Below are positions 11,601-22,801 of a DNA stretch of 43,869 nt, piece by piece. This DNA comes from Rotaria socialis (Eukaryota): positions 412,975 to 456,843 of the forward strand of contig CAJNYD010000459.1 in the NCBI GenBank assembly GCA_905331295.1. The letters run 5' to 3'. The notes below the pieces were generated by a model, which was not told the origin of the DNA, did no database searches, and saw only the letters and a list, made by a program, of their open reading frames with translations. Position numbers and translations under genes: made by a program. The number at the start of each line of letters is the position of its first letter. Within the stretch, counting starts at the first letter, position 1.

Positions 11601-11670
11601 CTTCTGATAGGTACTGTATAGATGCTATAATGTACTTTATATTGAATAGATCTATTATCATTTAATAACA

Positions 11671-12261
11671 ATGGTTGATCCGTGGAAATTGAAAGCAGCC
11701 GATTGGAAATTAATTGCTGTTATTTTGGTTATGGAAATCCTTTCTTTCGTATGTCAGATTATCCACATGACTGGTCAAGAAACTGATATGTACAATAACT
11801 TTGTTGAAACGCCAACCAGATCATATATAAACACTACTAATTATTATTGTTTTAAAGCAGTAAATCATTGTCATTTTAATAGTGATCACCTCAGATTTCC
11901 CAATATATTTCATGTTTTACTTAGTATTATTGGAATTGGTACATACTCATTTTTATTTTATATTGTCTTTAAAAAAAGGTATGATATGAAATGTTTGTGT
12001 TCAACACATTTGTTATACAATTATTTAAAACCAATTGCAATGCTTACGGCATTTAGCAATTGTGTTATCCTTGGTGTTCTATTTGAAGCTGAGTACAAGA
12101 AAATTATAGAGTGCACGAAAGTTAGTATTCTTGTAAGATGGGAAAATTTATTATCGTATCTTGTTATTAATGTTATGGAATTAATTTATGTTTATAGTGA
12201 TTTAGCTGCACGAGCAGCCACGCCAGAGGAAACAATGGGATTGAATCAAAGTCCAACATAA
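11671..12261 (+). CDS. Intronless 196-aa multi-pass (about 4 TM) membrane protein of unknown family
   Basis: Long open frame in AT-rich DNA with an ACAATGG start context, four hydrophobic segments, a Cys/His-containing loop, and AATAAA signals downstream (~12374, ~12408). Confidence 0.7.
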   Translation: MVDPWKLKAADWKLIAVILVMEILSFVCQIIHMTGQETDMYNNFVETPTRSYINTTNYYCFKAVNHCHFNSDHLRFPNIFHVLLSIIGIGTYSFLFYIVFKKRYDMKCLCSTHLLYNYLKPIAMLTAFSNCVILGVLFEAEYKKIIECTKVSILVRWENLLSYLVINVMELIYVYSDLAARAATPEETMGLNQSPT

Positions 12262-12800
12262 TAGAACAATGGCGATAAACTACAAATGATTTGTTTCAAA
12301 AGTTGAAAATTTTTCCTTTAAACTCGAATGTTTATATTCATTCTAAAAAATAAGCCAATGACTTTGAAACAAAAATAAAGAAACACTGGAAATATTACCA
12401 GACCTTGAATAAATTTGTTGCTTTTTCCAACTTGTTGCTTTTATTTTGCATAACAATCTTACCAGTTTATCCTAATGTTTGTCGAATTAACTGATCATGA
12501 CATCATTTGAAAGTGCGGATGTAAATGGGTATGGTTGAGGGTAGGAGCCTCCTACTAGGAAGTGCATAGTGTGGCTGTTAGTGTGTGGGAGCATGTGGAT
12601 ATGGATGAGAATAGAATCATACGAGATCCACAATCAGATCCACTGCTGGCACGTTTTAGCAATATGGAGAATATTATAGAAACGCTGAGAGCATTCAATA
12701 TAGTATAACACTGGTTTTTTCAATAGTTATCAATCAGGATTTGTCAGGTTTTGATTTCATAGATAACTTCTGTTGATGTAAGTGCTAAAATACAAGATGA

Positions 12801-13131
12801 CCCATGTTGCGAATACCGGGTCATTTTTTGCGGTAAACCACGGTATTTATCCGTTCTGCGGTAATGGGAGCCGGTAACCGGATCGGTAAAACCGCGGTAA
12901 ACCGGCGTTTTTTGCTCATGTTTATCACATGTAAAAGTAAAAAAAGGATGATTAAAATAGTTTAATTGATGATTTGGAAGACTTTTTCTGTCAAAGATTA
13001 TAGACGAACCAGTTAACCGCTTTTTTTAGCGGTAACCGCGGTATTTATCCGTTCTGCGGTAATGGGAGCCGGTAACCGGATCGGTAAAACCGCGGTTAAC
13101 CGCCGATTTTCATGCGTTTTCATTACATGGG
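12801..13131. mobile_element. CCC-ended MITE (331 bp) with an internal direct duplication
   Basis: TIRs CCCATGTTGCGAATAC vs reverse complement CCCATGTAATGAAAAC. A 58-bp identical direct repeat lies at 12841-12898 and 13039-13096, and there are many CGGTAA/TTACCG motifs. Flanks are ATGA/GTGA. Confidence 0.8.
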
Positions 13132-13254
13132 GTGAGTCAAGGAAATTTAGGAATGATTGATGTGGGTTTTCGACGAGTTTTGCTCATGTTCGATCATAAT
13201 ATCAAGAAAATAACGTGAATTTCATGTATAATCGCTTTGTAAAGCCAATACATA

Positions 13255-13640
13255 ACAAGTTCAATAATAGATGAAGATGCAGCTGCTTCATCTGAAAGAA
13301 AAGCTTCTTTGATTTCATCATCATGACTTTTTGTAAGTAATGCTGTTTCGGTTAAGATACATTCTTTCATTTTACCATTCACTTGTTTTACATCCAATAA
13401 ATGAGTTTCAGAAACATAATTGTGGCGTCTATTCACTGATAAAATTTCATCTGTAGTGTTTGCATGTACAAATAAGTTATAAACCCAATATTTCTTGAAC
13501 AATATTGCTTGATTGCATCTAAATGCGTAGTTATCGTACACCAAAAATTGTTTTCCTTTGTTTTATGTTAAAACTGAAACAGCAGCAGCTGTTGTTGATA
13601 GTAGAATTTAGGACATGACTTTCGCTGCTGTATCAATCAT
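13255..13640 (-). pseudogene. FLYWCH zinc-finger N-terminus of a MULE-type transposase or related gene, degenerate
   Basis: The frame from ATG 13640 reads MIDTAAKVMS*ILLSTTAAAVSVLT*NKGKQFLVYDNYAFRCNQ...KKYWV...VHAN...RRHNY. This fits the FLYWCH pattern (KGK..L...Y.F...YW...H.H) but has two in-frame stops and has lost the Cys ligands. Confidence 0.65.
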
Positions 13641-14411
13641 GGGCGAACGTTTCAGTGAGTTGTGAAAAAATGACAATAATTTGTAACGGACTGAATATTT
13701 AGAGCTTATTGCAAATAAAAGATAAGTGGATGATAAAGAAATACGGAAGCCGAAACTGTAAAGTAATAGGCAATAACTGGGGAAAATATAATAGTATATG
13801 TATACCGTGGATATCTATTTATTCTATTGCATTCATTCGACATTTTTCTTTTCGATATTTTCATTTTCGCCGTTCCCCGTCAATACCGAAACAATATTAG
13901 GATATTATTAAATTGCTGCTTGTATTTCATTAGAAATCTTTTTATTGATTTCTTGTAGTTTACATAATATATTCGATGAAAAAGAACATAATTCCACCGG
14001 AATAAATTAGATGTCAAATATTTTTAAAAAACAAATCCTGGTTTACTGATAATAAATAGTTGAACGATCGAGAATAGACTATTTTTACAGAAACCACCTT
14101 GAAATCATAGAAAAATGAATTTTATAGAATTAAGAATATTTTTTGCTTTGCCATCGCTCGTCTTCTGCTCGTCTACTGAATATTTTAGTGTTTCTATGGA
14201 CAATTCGTTTCAATAAAATTCATATTTTTAAGTATGTTAAAAAGAATGGAATAAAAAATAGCCAAAGTGCACAGAAACAGAACAGAAAAAACGTTGTCAA
14301 GTCGTAGGGTGCGAAGATGAAACCATTTGAAGAAGTAGGCAATCGATGTAGGTAATAAAAAATTTCTCCAACAATAGTAACAGCAAGACGCTATTTATTT
14401 CAAAGTTTTGT

Positions 14412-14519
14412 TGGGTGTGCGTGAGTGAATTATTAGAAAGGGTGGGTGTGGGTGTCGGTATGGATCTCTGTGTGCATACGGTTGTTCAAAAATCTACCAC
14501 ATCCACACCCTACCCACTA
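14412..14519. mobile_element. hAT-type MITE remnant with GGGTGT motifs; an inverted copy lies at about 15232-15297
   Basis: Ends in CCACACCCTACCCACTA. There is a 24-bp perfect inverted match between 14477-14500 and 15243-15266, with further similarity on both sides. Confidence 0.55.
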
Positions 14520-15295
14520 GCTGATTTTCATTAAGTTATAACAATTGATTAATTTATTTCACTGAAAAAAGCATTAGCTATTTGATTCAAGGTCGAATTT
14601 AGAAGTACCTCCGATAAAGAAAAATTAGGGGAGGTGGCTTAATACTAGAACTGCAATAGCTGATACTATTTTTAATAGTTTACATGAAAGTGAAAGAAAT
14701 AATTTTGTGTTTTCAAATAAGCGTTGTAAAAATATTTTATGACTTTTTAATTAGTTTTGAAGCAGTAAAAGAACTAAAGTATCACTATTTAATACTAAGA
14801 CACCGACAGAGGTAATGAATAATGTTAAATAAAAGCTTATTTGAATTCAATGATAATTGCAGAGTATTAAATTAGATTTTTTAATATTGACTCATGAGAA
14901 TTAAACTATTATTTCATTTCAAATACAACAGATTTCGTGTTAATAATACTGAAGACAAGTCGCTACCCGTACGTACAATTAATTCGAAAATAAATCAAAA
15001 TATCCAGGAAGTACTTATCTACAGCAGAAATAAAAAGCTGTTAGCGCAATCCCTGTGTGATTAAAATGTGAAACATGATGGAGATTCTTTGCTGGAAGCT
15101 GTCTACCACGGTCTGTGAGTTGTTGTAGTTTTTCTGCCACTGTCTGTAATCATATATGCAGCCTTTCGGCCACGGTCTGTATTTTGATCTATGGAGTCAG
15201 TAGAGACTATCACAGACTGAGAGAGACTTTACGGGTATGACGGTGGTAGATTTTTGAACAACCGTACGCATACAGGGATCCGCGCCCACACCGAT

Positions 15296-15480
15296 CCAAT
15301 TCCGTTTATCACTTCCAACACACCCTCAGGAATTCCCGAAATCACTGCCTACCAATTCCATCTAATTCCAGGAATTCCGAACCGGAATCGGATCATCACT
15401 ACATGGATAAGAGAAGATAGAATAGTAATAGAAGTTGCAATTCCGGAACTGGACTGAATTCCGTGTAATTCCGAGAATCG
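15296..15480. mobile_element. hAT-type MITE remnant with AATTCC(G) repeats
   Basis: About 8 AATTCC motifs and a terminus CATCACTA at 15401 (reverse complement TAGTGATG). Confidence 0.5.
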
Positions 15481-16964
15481 GACAGTGCTCAGGTTTGACC
15501 TTGTTGCGGAATAGGATGACTGCTCATACTAAATCGGTTTCAGACTGCTATATAACTGCTACAGATAGACAGGCCTTTTATCTTTAAGAGGAATATTTTT
15601 GACACAGTTGTAAATACCCGTGTGCTAATAAGGAATGCATCATATCCAATTCCAAGCCAAATCAAATTCTCAGATATAAGAGTATTTGTCGAAGACTTCA
15701 CTACATTTGACAGGGATTCTACTGGATTTGGCAACAATTGAGTAAAATGCTATGGGGCATGATAGCATCCGACCTCGATTCGATTGAACTTTGCTAGATA
15801 TTACTTGGTTGTTAACTGAATTTTAGTAAACGATTCAAGTAAAGTGCAAATCTAATCTAGACGAATTCAAGTCGAAATCCAAATCTAGAATTACAATTCG
15901 ATTTGTTACATAGTAAGTAATGAGCAATATCCGGGGAGGAGGCAGTGCATTTCCATGTATTTTTATGTATTGCAAATTATTTGGAAGTACATTAGAATTG
16001 AAATAAAAATACTTGGAAACAGAAATATGCACACCGTAGCTCCAAAAGATTAACATGAATAATCAGCGGAAGAAGCGATTTCCACCACACCACATAACCT
16101 TTATACCAACGTCCTTGTAACGAAATATAAGACCCTTTTGGGACTGATACGTAATGACAAACTGGATAGAGGTGGAGTAGCTTATCGCCACTCACGTCAA
16201 TAATGTTTATTCGCTTCTTCACATATCCCGAGTCTAACAACTTCATACATAACACACGTATATATAGGAGGGAGATAGAAGAGAGACAGGAGAGAGATAT
16301 ATTATAACAATTGAAAGAGAACAGAAGGAAGAGGAAGGAGAATTATTGAAGCGTGCCATTAATCTCGGTCCAGGCATGGCGTGGGGGCGCTTGCCCCCCC
16401 CCCTCCCCTTTGAAGAGCCGCGACTCACGTATATCTTTGTGTACACAGTAACTGAGCATGGCGATATCATAACAACATAAGTGTGCAGAAAAAGATAATG
16501 CTTAGGGGATCACGTATGCAAATACTGGATCCGTTTTCAAAAGCATCTCGATGAATCACCTGAAGCTGAATCTTATAGACAAGCATGGACAGCATTCTTA
16601 ATTGCAACAGATCCTTCAAATAATACTATAAGAGCTTGGGACTGAGGAAAAATAGTAAATTTGGAAATAGGCTTTACAAACGAGCAAGCCACGCATCTTG
16701 ACTTCCTCTCATTCAAGAATGCACACAGTGGACAATTTTGTCTTTTCAAAAACACTTCTCTTCTTGAACATTTTATTCTAAAATATTTTCCTGTTGTATT
16801 GTTGTAAACTTCAACTTATTTCTCTTCTATATTGTGAAAAATAACTGTGATTGTCATTTTTTAACCCGTTAGGGAACAATAAAATAAATATAAAAAAATT
16901 AATAAAGAAAAAGATAATGCTTTCGTATTAAGAGTAGCACTTCAGATTAATTCGTTGTGATTTT

Positions 16965-18628
16965 AATAACTAGATGGTATTCAAGTTTCACTCGTATACG
17001 AAATGCGATGCGAAGGAAAAATCCGGATTTCCAACCAAAAATTATGAATTCAAAGAAATCTTAAATACTTTTGAAGTAGCCATAGTGCTATTCATTACTC
17101 TGAAAACTCTATTCTTACTTAGCGATTCATTCTTAAAGGTCGATTTCGATTGAGCGATTAATTATCTCTATGATTCATTATCTTAGATCAACTGTAAATG
17201 AATAGACTATAGTGGCTCACATATGTTGATTACGTCATTAATGCGATGCGAAGCAGAAGCATTTATGTTGTCCGTCGCGAGTTTTTTTTATTTTTTAATG
17301 CGATGCGAAGCAGAAGCATTTCTGTAGTCCGTCGCGAGTTTTTTTTTTTTCCTTTTTTACTTGAGATCGTACGCATCTTTTCTGTCGTTTTGTGACTCGA
17401 TGATCTCGACAACCAAAAATGATAAAAACCTCGTTTAAACGCAAGATAGAAGTATTGAGATCGAACTGCTTACACCTGTTTTCGAATCTTTAATCTGACG
17501 TTCCGTTCGCTCAGCAATTTAGTTCCAAAATGACGAAAATGAAAGAAATTTGTTTCAAGATAATTAAAGTGACGTAATCAACATATGTGAGCAAATACTC
17601 TATTGGTTTACAAATAATCTAAGCTATTGAATCATAGATATAATGAAACGTTCAATAAGCATATGTTTAAAATATAGAATACTGACAGAGCCATCTAGCA
17701 TAGTTGATATAATTGGTATTTAAAAACATGAATTCTAAGTTTCTTTAAAGGTTATATAGTTACATAGTGTTCAATGGATACTAATTTTTTAGATGATTTT
17801 CTTATTGTATATAGATTCTTATATAGATTTAACATGATTGTACGTTGTTCATCTTTGTATTAAATCATTCGATATATTTTACTTGAGATCGTACGCATCG
17901 TTTTCGTCATTTTGTGTCGCGATAATCTAGAGAACCGAAAATCGTAGAAAACTCGTTGAAACGTGAGATCGAAGTATCAAGATCGAACCTTTTACATCTG
18001 TTTTCGAATCTTTAATCTGAACTTTTGTTCAGTCACAAATGTGGTTCCAAAATGACGAAAATGCAAGAAATTTATCAAGAGATAATTAAAGTGACGTCAT
18101 GAACATATGTTAGCCACTATAGTCTATTCATTTACAGCTGATCTAAGATAATGAATCATGGAGATAATTAATCGATCAATCGAAATCGATCCTTAAGAAT
18201 GTATCACTAAGTAAGAATAGAGTTTTCTGAGTGATGAATTTCATCATGTCGACATAAAAAAGTTTTCAAGATTTCTCTAAATTGAAGATTTTTCCTGGAT
18301 CGAGATTCTTGCTTCGCATCGCATTTCGTATTCGAGTGAAACTTGAATACCATCTAGTTTTAATTATCTTGCAACAAATTTCTTTCATTTCCGTCATTTT
18401 GGAACCGCATTTCTGAGTGAACGGAACTTCAGATTGCAGATTCGAAAACAGGGGTAAGAAGTTCGATCTTGATACTTCAATCTCACGTTTCAATGATTTT
18501 TCTATGATTCTCCGTTTTCGAGATCATTAGGACAGAAAATGAAGAAAAAGACGCGTACGATCTCAAGTAAAAAAGGAAACAAAACTCGCGACGGACTACA
18601 TAAATGCTTCTGCCTTGCATCGCATTAA
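16965..18628 (-). mobile_element. Helentron-type non-autonomous element (HINE/DINE-1-like), minus-strand copy split into 18362-18628 (5' half) and 16965-17237 (3' half)
   Basis: The 5' subterminal repeat TTAATGCGATGC.AG lies at 18628. The 3' subTIR, hairpin and CTAG-T end lie at 16965-17015. The two halves rejoin at GATAATT(AAAG)TGACGT, the sequence seen intact at ~17560 and ~18082. Confidence 0.8.
17238..18361 (+). mobile_element. Second, composite copy of the same Helentron-type family inserted inside the first in opposite orientation
   Basis: It starts TTAATGCGATGCGAAGCAGAAGCATTT, with the head duplicated at 17238 and 17295. A body runs to 17592, a ~280-bp unrelated spacer follows, and a second body starts at 17877. 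It ends with the 3' subTIR GCTTCGCATCGCATT (18311-18325), the hairpin GTATTCGAGTGAAACTTGAATAC (18328-18350) and CATCTAGTTTT. Confidence 0.8.
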
Positions 18629-20667
18629 TAAATTGAATGATAACGAACTTTTCATAGTCTTAAAACTATAATGTAGTTGAATATTTACAGTCTGTAGATA
18701 AATAAGTATGTGAACGATGAAGCATCGAAATTGAAATACACTCATGAAAACGATGCATCTATCTTTTTAAAATATAAAATATTTGTTGACTTGTTCATTA
18801 GTAACCTAGCACTATTATGAGAATACGAAGCAAAACGTATGTAATTAATTACTTCCTATTACTAATTTTCATACTAATTCAAAGTTGTTGATTTTTTTCC
18901 CATTATCTCTGTTTTTATTATGCAAGTAGAAAAGTTAAGTCAACTAACTTTTAATAGTCATGTTTATTAAAATGTCTTTCTCTGCTTTGATGGCATTTTT
19001 ATTTTATTCAATTATTACTCAAGTAAACATATCACACACACCAAATATTAGAAGATTCTTGATTAAAACGGATAATGATAATCAGAAAAAAGATTTCATA
19101 TGAAAATCGGTTGATCATTGAAATTATCTTGAACTAGTTCAGGGTCTGTGTGCAACTAAGACATTGTGTATCATCATTGAATGCCTGAATTTCACCAGCA
19201 AGAATTGTTTATCGTTTCGTAAGTTTATTGCATTTATGAACTGATAGCTTAAATTGTTGTAGTAATTACTGGTATACAAGCAAATTGCCAGTAGTCTATT
19301 CGTGGCGTTCATTTTGCTCTTTAGCCTCCAATTTTTTTATCACTTCAAAGATGTTACGGTAACTGAGCTGGACAGAAGTAAACGGCTCATACATTCACTG
19401 TGACCTATAATTGTTGTTATCTAATAAATAAAAAAGGTAATCGAACAAAATGTAACTATTAAATTTTAATCCAGAACTATTTCATCTTATTAAAATATCA
19501 TATTTTTCGATAGTAATCATTTTTGTTTTTGGCAACCTAATAAGCTAAGAACGTCTTCGACTTACACAAACAAATAATTCAAATAAAATGATATTAATCT
19601 TGATGTTTTTATTTAATGAGTTCTTTCAGTAAACAAAGAACCTTCATTTTTGTTTGTGTCTGTGAAGACTTATTATTGGCAATTGAATCTTTCTCGCAAA
19701 ACTCACACGTTTACCTCGTAACCCTTAAATAAACCATTTCATAAACACAACGAACACATTTGAAACATCGATCGGGCATTATCTTTCAACAACACAAAAA
19801 ACTTTTTGAAAAGTAGATTGATCGATCACAATAAAAAGAGTATTATAATTGACTGTGTCTTCAACTTTCATTAAAACGATAATCAAATAAGTGTACTTCT
19901 ATTTTTAGCTGATAAATTAGCTGACAGGATATAATGAATAAGGTTGTCGCTATTTTTATTAGGATGTGGGCGGTAAGCGGTGCGCACAATGCCAATTATG
20001 TTATCATCAAGTTGTTGTTGTTTTTTCTCGATATATTCATGAGAAGAAACCGAAGTGGACTAGATTTGTTGAAGAAAATGAAAATTAATGGATCATTTTG
20101 TGACATGCACACATCGACTTCGTCATCTACCAAGCGAAATGTTTAGCATAGTCGAACAAGAGTATTGCAAAGTGAATGACTAAAAGTGAGTAATGTCATA
20201 ACAAAAAAAAATCTTCTTCATGGCAGTTTATCGACTCTACTAAATAAAAGTACTGTCTCCAAATGAATTCTTATACGAATAAAAAAACATAGTTACTCAT
20301 TCAAGACCAGTAGTATTGGAATAATATGTTGACACCTAAGAAGAATTTCAATAAGTGCATGCTTAAACGATCAGTCTCATTCAATCCATTGTGAGCCTAT
20401 CATTTCCATTACTTAAATAAACAACTAAGAATAATATTTACGTCTTCTAGTTCAAAAATGAGCTTGTGAAATTTTAAAAGCACAAAGAAATTAATCTGAA
20501 GAAATATGTTGTTTTGAATTTTAATGAATAAACAAAAAAAAACGTTTCTTCAACTTTCTATGCACTAGTAGAAAAATACGTAAGTGGTAGACCTTTTTTC
20601 TGTCATTTATTTCGAACGAAAAGCAGTTGCTGAGTCTGAAAACAAAATCATTTTCGTTTGCATCAAG

Positions 20668-21997
20668 ATGTTTCGACTTAACTACGTTATTCTTATTTTT
20701 GCGTTAACTATCCTTCCATATGGTGTAGATGGGTTTTTCACCCAAAGTGTGATGAATATTACTACTACACGGAATTTAAATTGCTATTTGACAGCTAATT
20801 TAACATCCACTAGTTTTCAGTTTTGTGCTATTCGTATCTATCGGAATCAGAGTGGAACACCAGATATAGCATCTGCCGTATATAATGGTCTTCGTTATAT
20901 GAATACACTGCATCCATTAACTGAAAAGGGCTGTACCACCACTGTCGCTACGTCATCAGTAGACACCGGTGCTTGGTTTTGTGAGGGAAAACTCCCATAC
21001 GAAACGTACACATTTGTGGATCTGTGTATTTGTGCAACTGATAATTGTAACCAAAACTTAACTTCTTGTCAAAATTCAGTTATTAATACTACGAACATGC
21101 CAGCATTGACAGATTTCATGCCAAATCTAACTTCGATTATTCCATGCAACGACACAACCAATGAAAATTATACATGTAGCGCACATCCGTATATTAACGT
21201 TCTGCTGTGTCAAGCTTATGTCATAAAAAACAGTGTACTATGTGCTATTTCAATCAGTGGAACTACAATAACACAACTCTCATTGATAGGCGAAAACTAT
21301 GAAGTTTATCTTTCTGAAAAACTTTATGAGGCGAATTCAATCCCAAGTAATGCAACGGGAACTTCGTTCAATGAAACTCAAACTAACGTCTATTTCAAGT
21401 ATTCTTATCCAGCTACAATGCCCTATGAAGAATGTGTTTGTACCAGTTCTTTTTGTAATCAGAATACTGGGACGTGTGAAACACCAGTAGTGTCATTACC
21501 TAACACAACTACAACAAAAACGACTACTACCTCAGCTACAACTACGACTGCAACAACAACGACAACAACAATAGCAACAAGCACCACAGCTACAACTACT
21601 AGCTCAGCTACAACTACCTCAGCTACGACTACCTCAGCTACAACTACAACAGCAACAACAACGACAACTACGACTATTAGCTCAGCTACAACTGCAACAA
21701 CTACAACAACGACAACAACAAAAACGACAACTACGACTACTAGCTCAGCAACAACAACAACAACTGGACCAGGTAATCATTCTTCTAGTTGTATTTCTTG
21801 CAATCAATAACTTACGATCATATATTCTATATTTGATAGGAGGTGAAAAAGGTCTTGGTAGCGCAGCAACAGCTGGTCTCGCTTGTGGCATTATTTTCTC
21901 TGCTCTTATATTCACCGGTGAAATTTTATTCTTTAAATTTATCTACTCGGGGGGCTTAGGTAATACTTTTGGAAGATCAGCAGCTTATGCAGCATGA
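20668..21997 (+). CDS. Type I membrane glycoprotein: signal peptide, two Cys-rich (Ly6/uPAR-like) domains, Thr-rich mucin stalk, TM helix, short tail
   Basis: Exons 20668-21772 and 21840-21997 (GT-AG intron 21773-21839). Signal peptide MFRLNYVILIFALTILPYGVDG. The domains end in CICATDNCN and CVCTSSFCN and carry many NxS/T sequons. Exon 2 encodes GLGSAATAGLACGIIFSALIFTGEILFF. Confidence 0.85.
21502..21765 (+). repeat. Low-complexity ACN-codon repeat encoding the poly-Thr stalk
   Basis: ACA/ACT/ACG runs with recurring (AGC)TCAGCTACAACT units. Confidence 0.9.
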
Positions 21998-22801
21998 AAA
22001 ATTCTGAAAACTTTGCTTGATATACATTTATTATCTCCCCAACATTCTAATTTTTTTCCTTAAGAATGATGTAATTTTTTTTTAATACTGAAGCATTATA
22101 TCGTCGGGTAAATGCTCTATGTGCACAACGCCACGCATATGTATGTGTGTACATAATCACTCCGGCAATCTCTACAAGAAGTCTGAAGAAGCACAACAGA
22201 AAGAGTAAAAAAAATTTAAATCACATCACTATTTACACAACGAAAGTGAAAGCCTATAAACGGTGACGTGTACAAAGAAACTTCTATTGTTAACGAAAAC
22301 AAATGAAAATAGATCTTTTTAATTCATTAGCTTCTTGTTGATATACATATTAGTATCGTTGTTCAACAAATATGTGATTTCCTCAGAGGAAGAAATGAAA
22401 GCTATGCGCTAACAAAAGGATTACTTTGGTTTCAAGGTAAAGTTTTATTCCCAAAAAGAATTTGCTTTTCTTTCTGCTACTCAAAGAAGATTTTCGACGA
22501 TGAAAACGCAAATACAACCATTAGAGAGAAAAGCTATTTTCCGGACAATTTTATTTCATTGACTTTTGCTTCGTAACTGTATTGTAACAATTTAAGGAGT
22601 ATAGAACAAGCAATAAAAACTTGCGCTTCTCATATAACAAAATGCCATAGCACATAAAATAATGTTTGTTAAATGTCTTACTTAAATTACATTCATCTAT
22701 GCATAGAATCAATGTTTTATATTTCATAAAAAAAACGTATTTTTTTTCACTTCCGTCATTCATTCATTCATTTGTTTAACAAACCTGTCAATACGCACGG
22801 C

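Noticed and set aside
14625..14972. Possible TA-flanked pogo/Tc1-like MITE with repeated TAATACT motifs
   Set aside because: The putative TIRs match too poorly to define an element.
22180..22262. CTGAAGA...GAAA, a second hammerhead candidate
   Set aside because: Stems I-III cannot be formed and there is no properly placed cleavage triplet.
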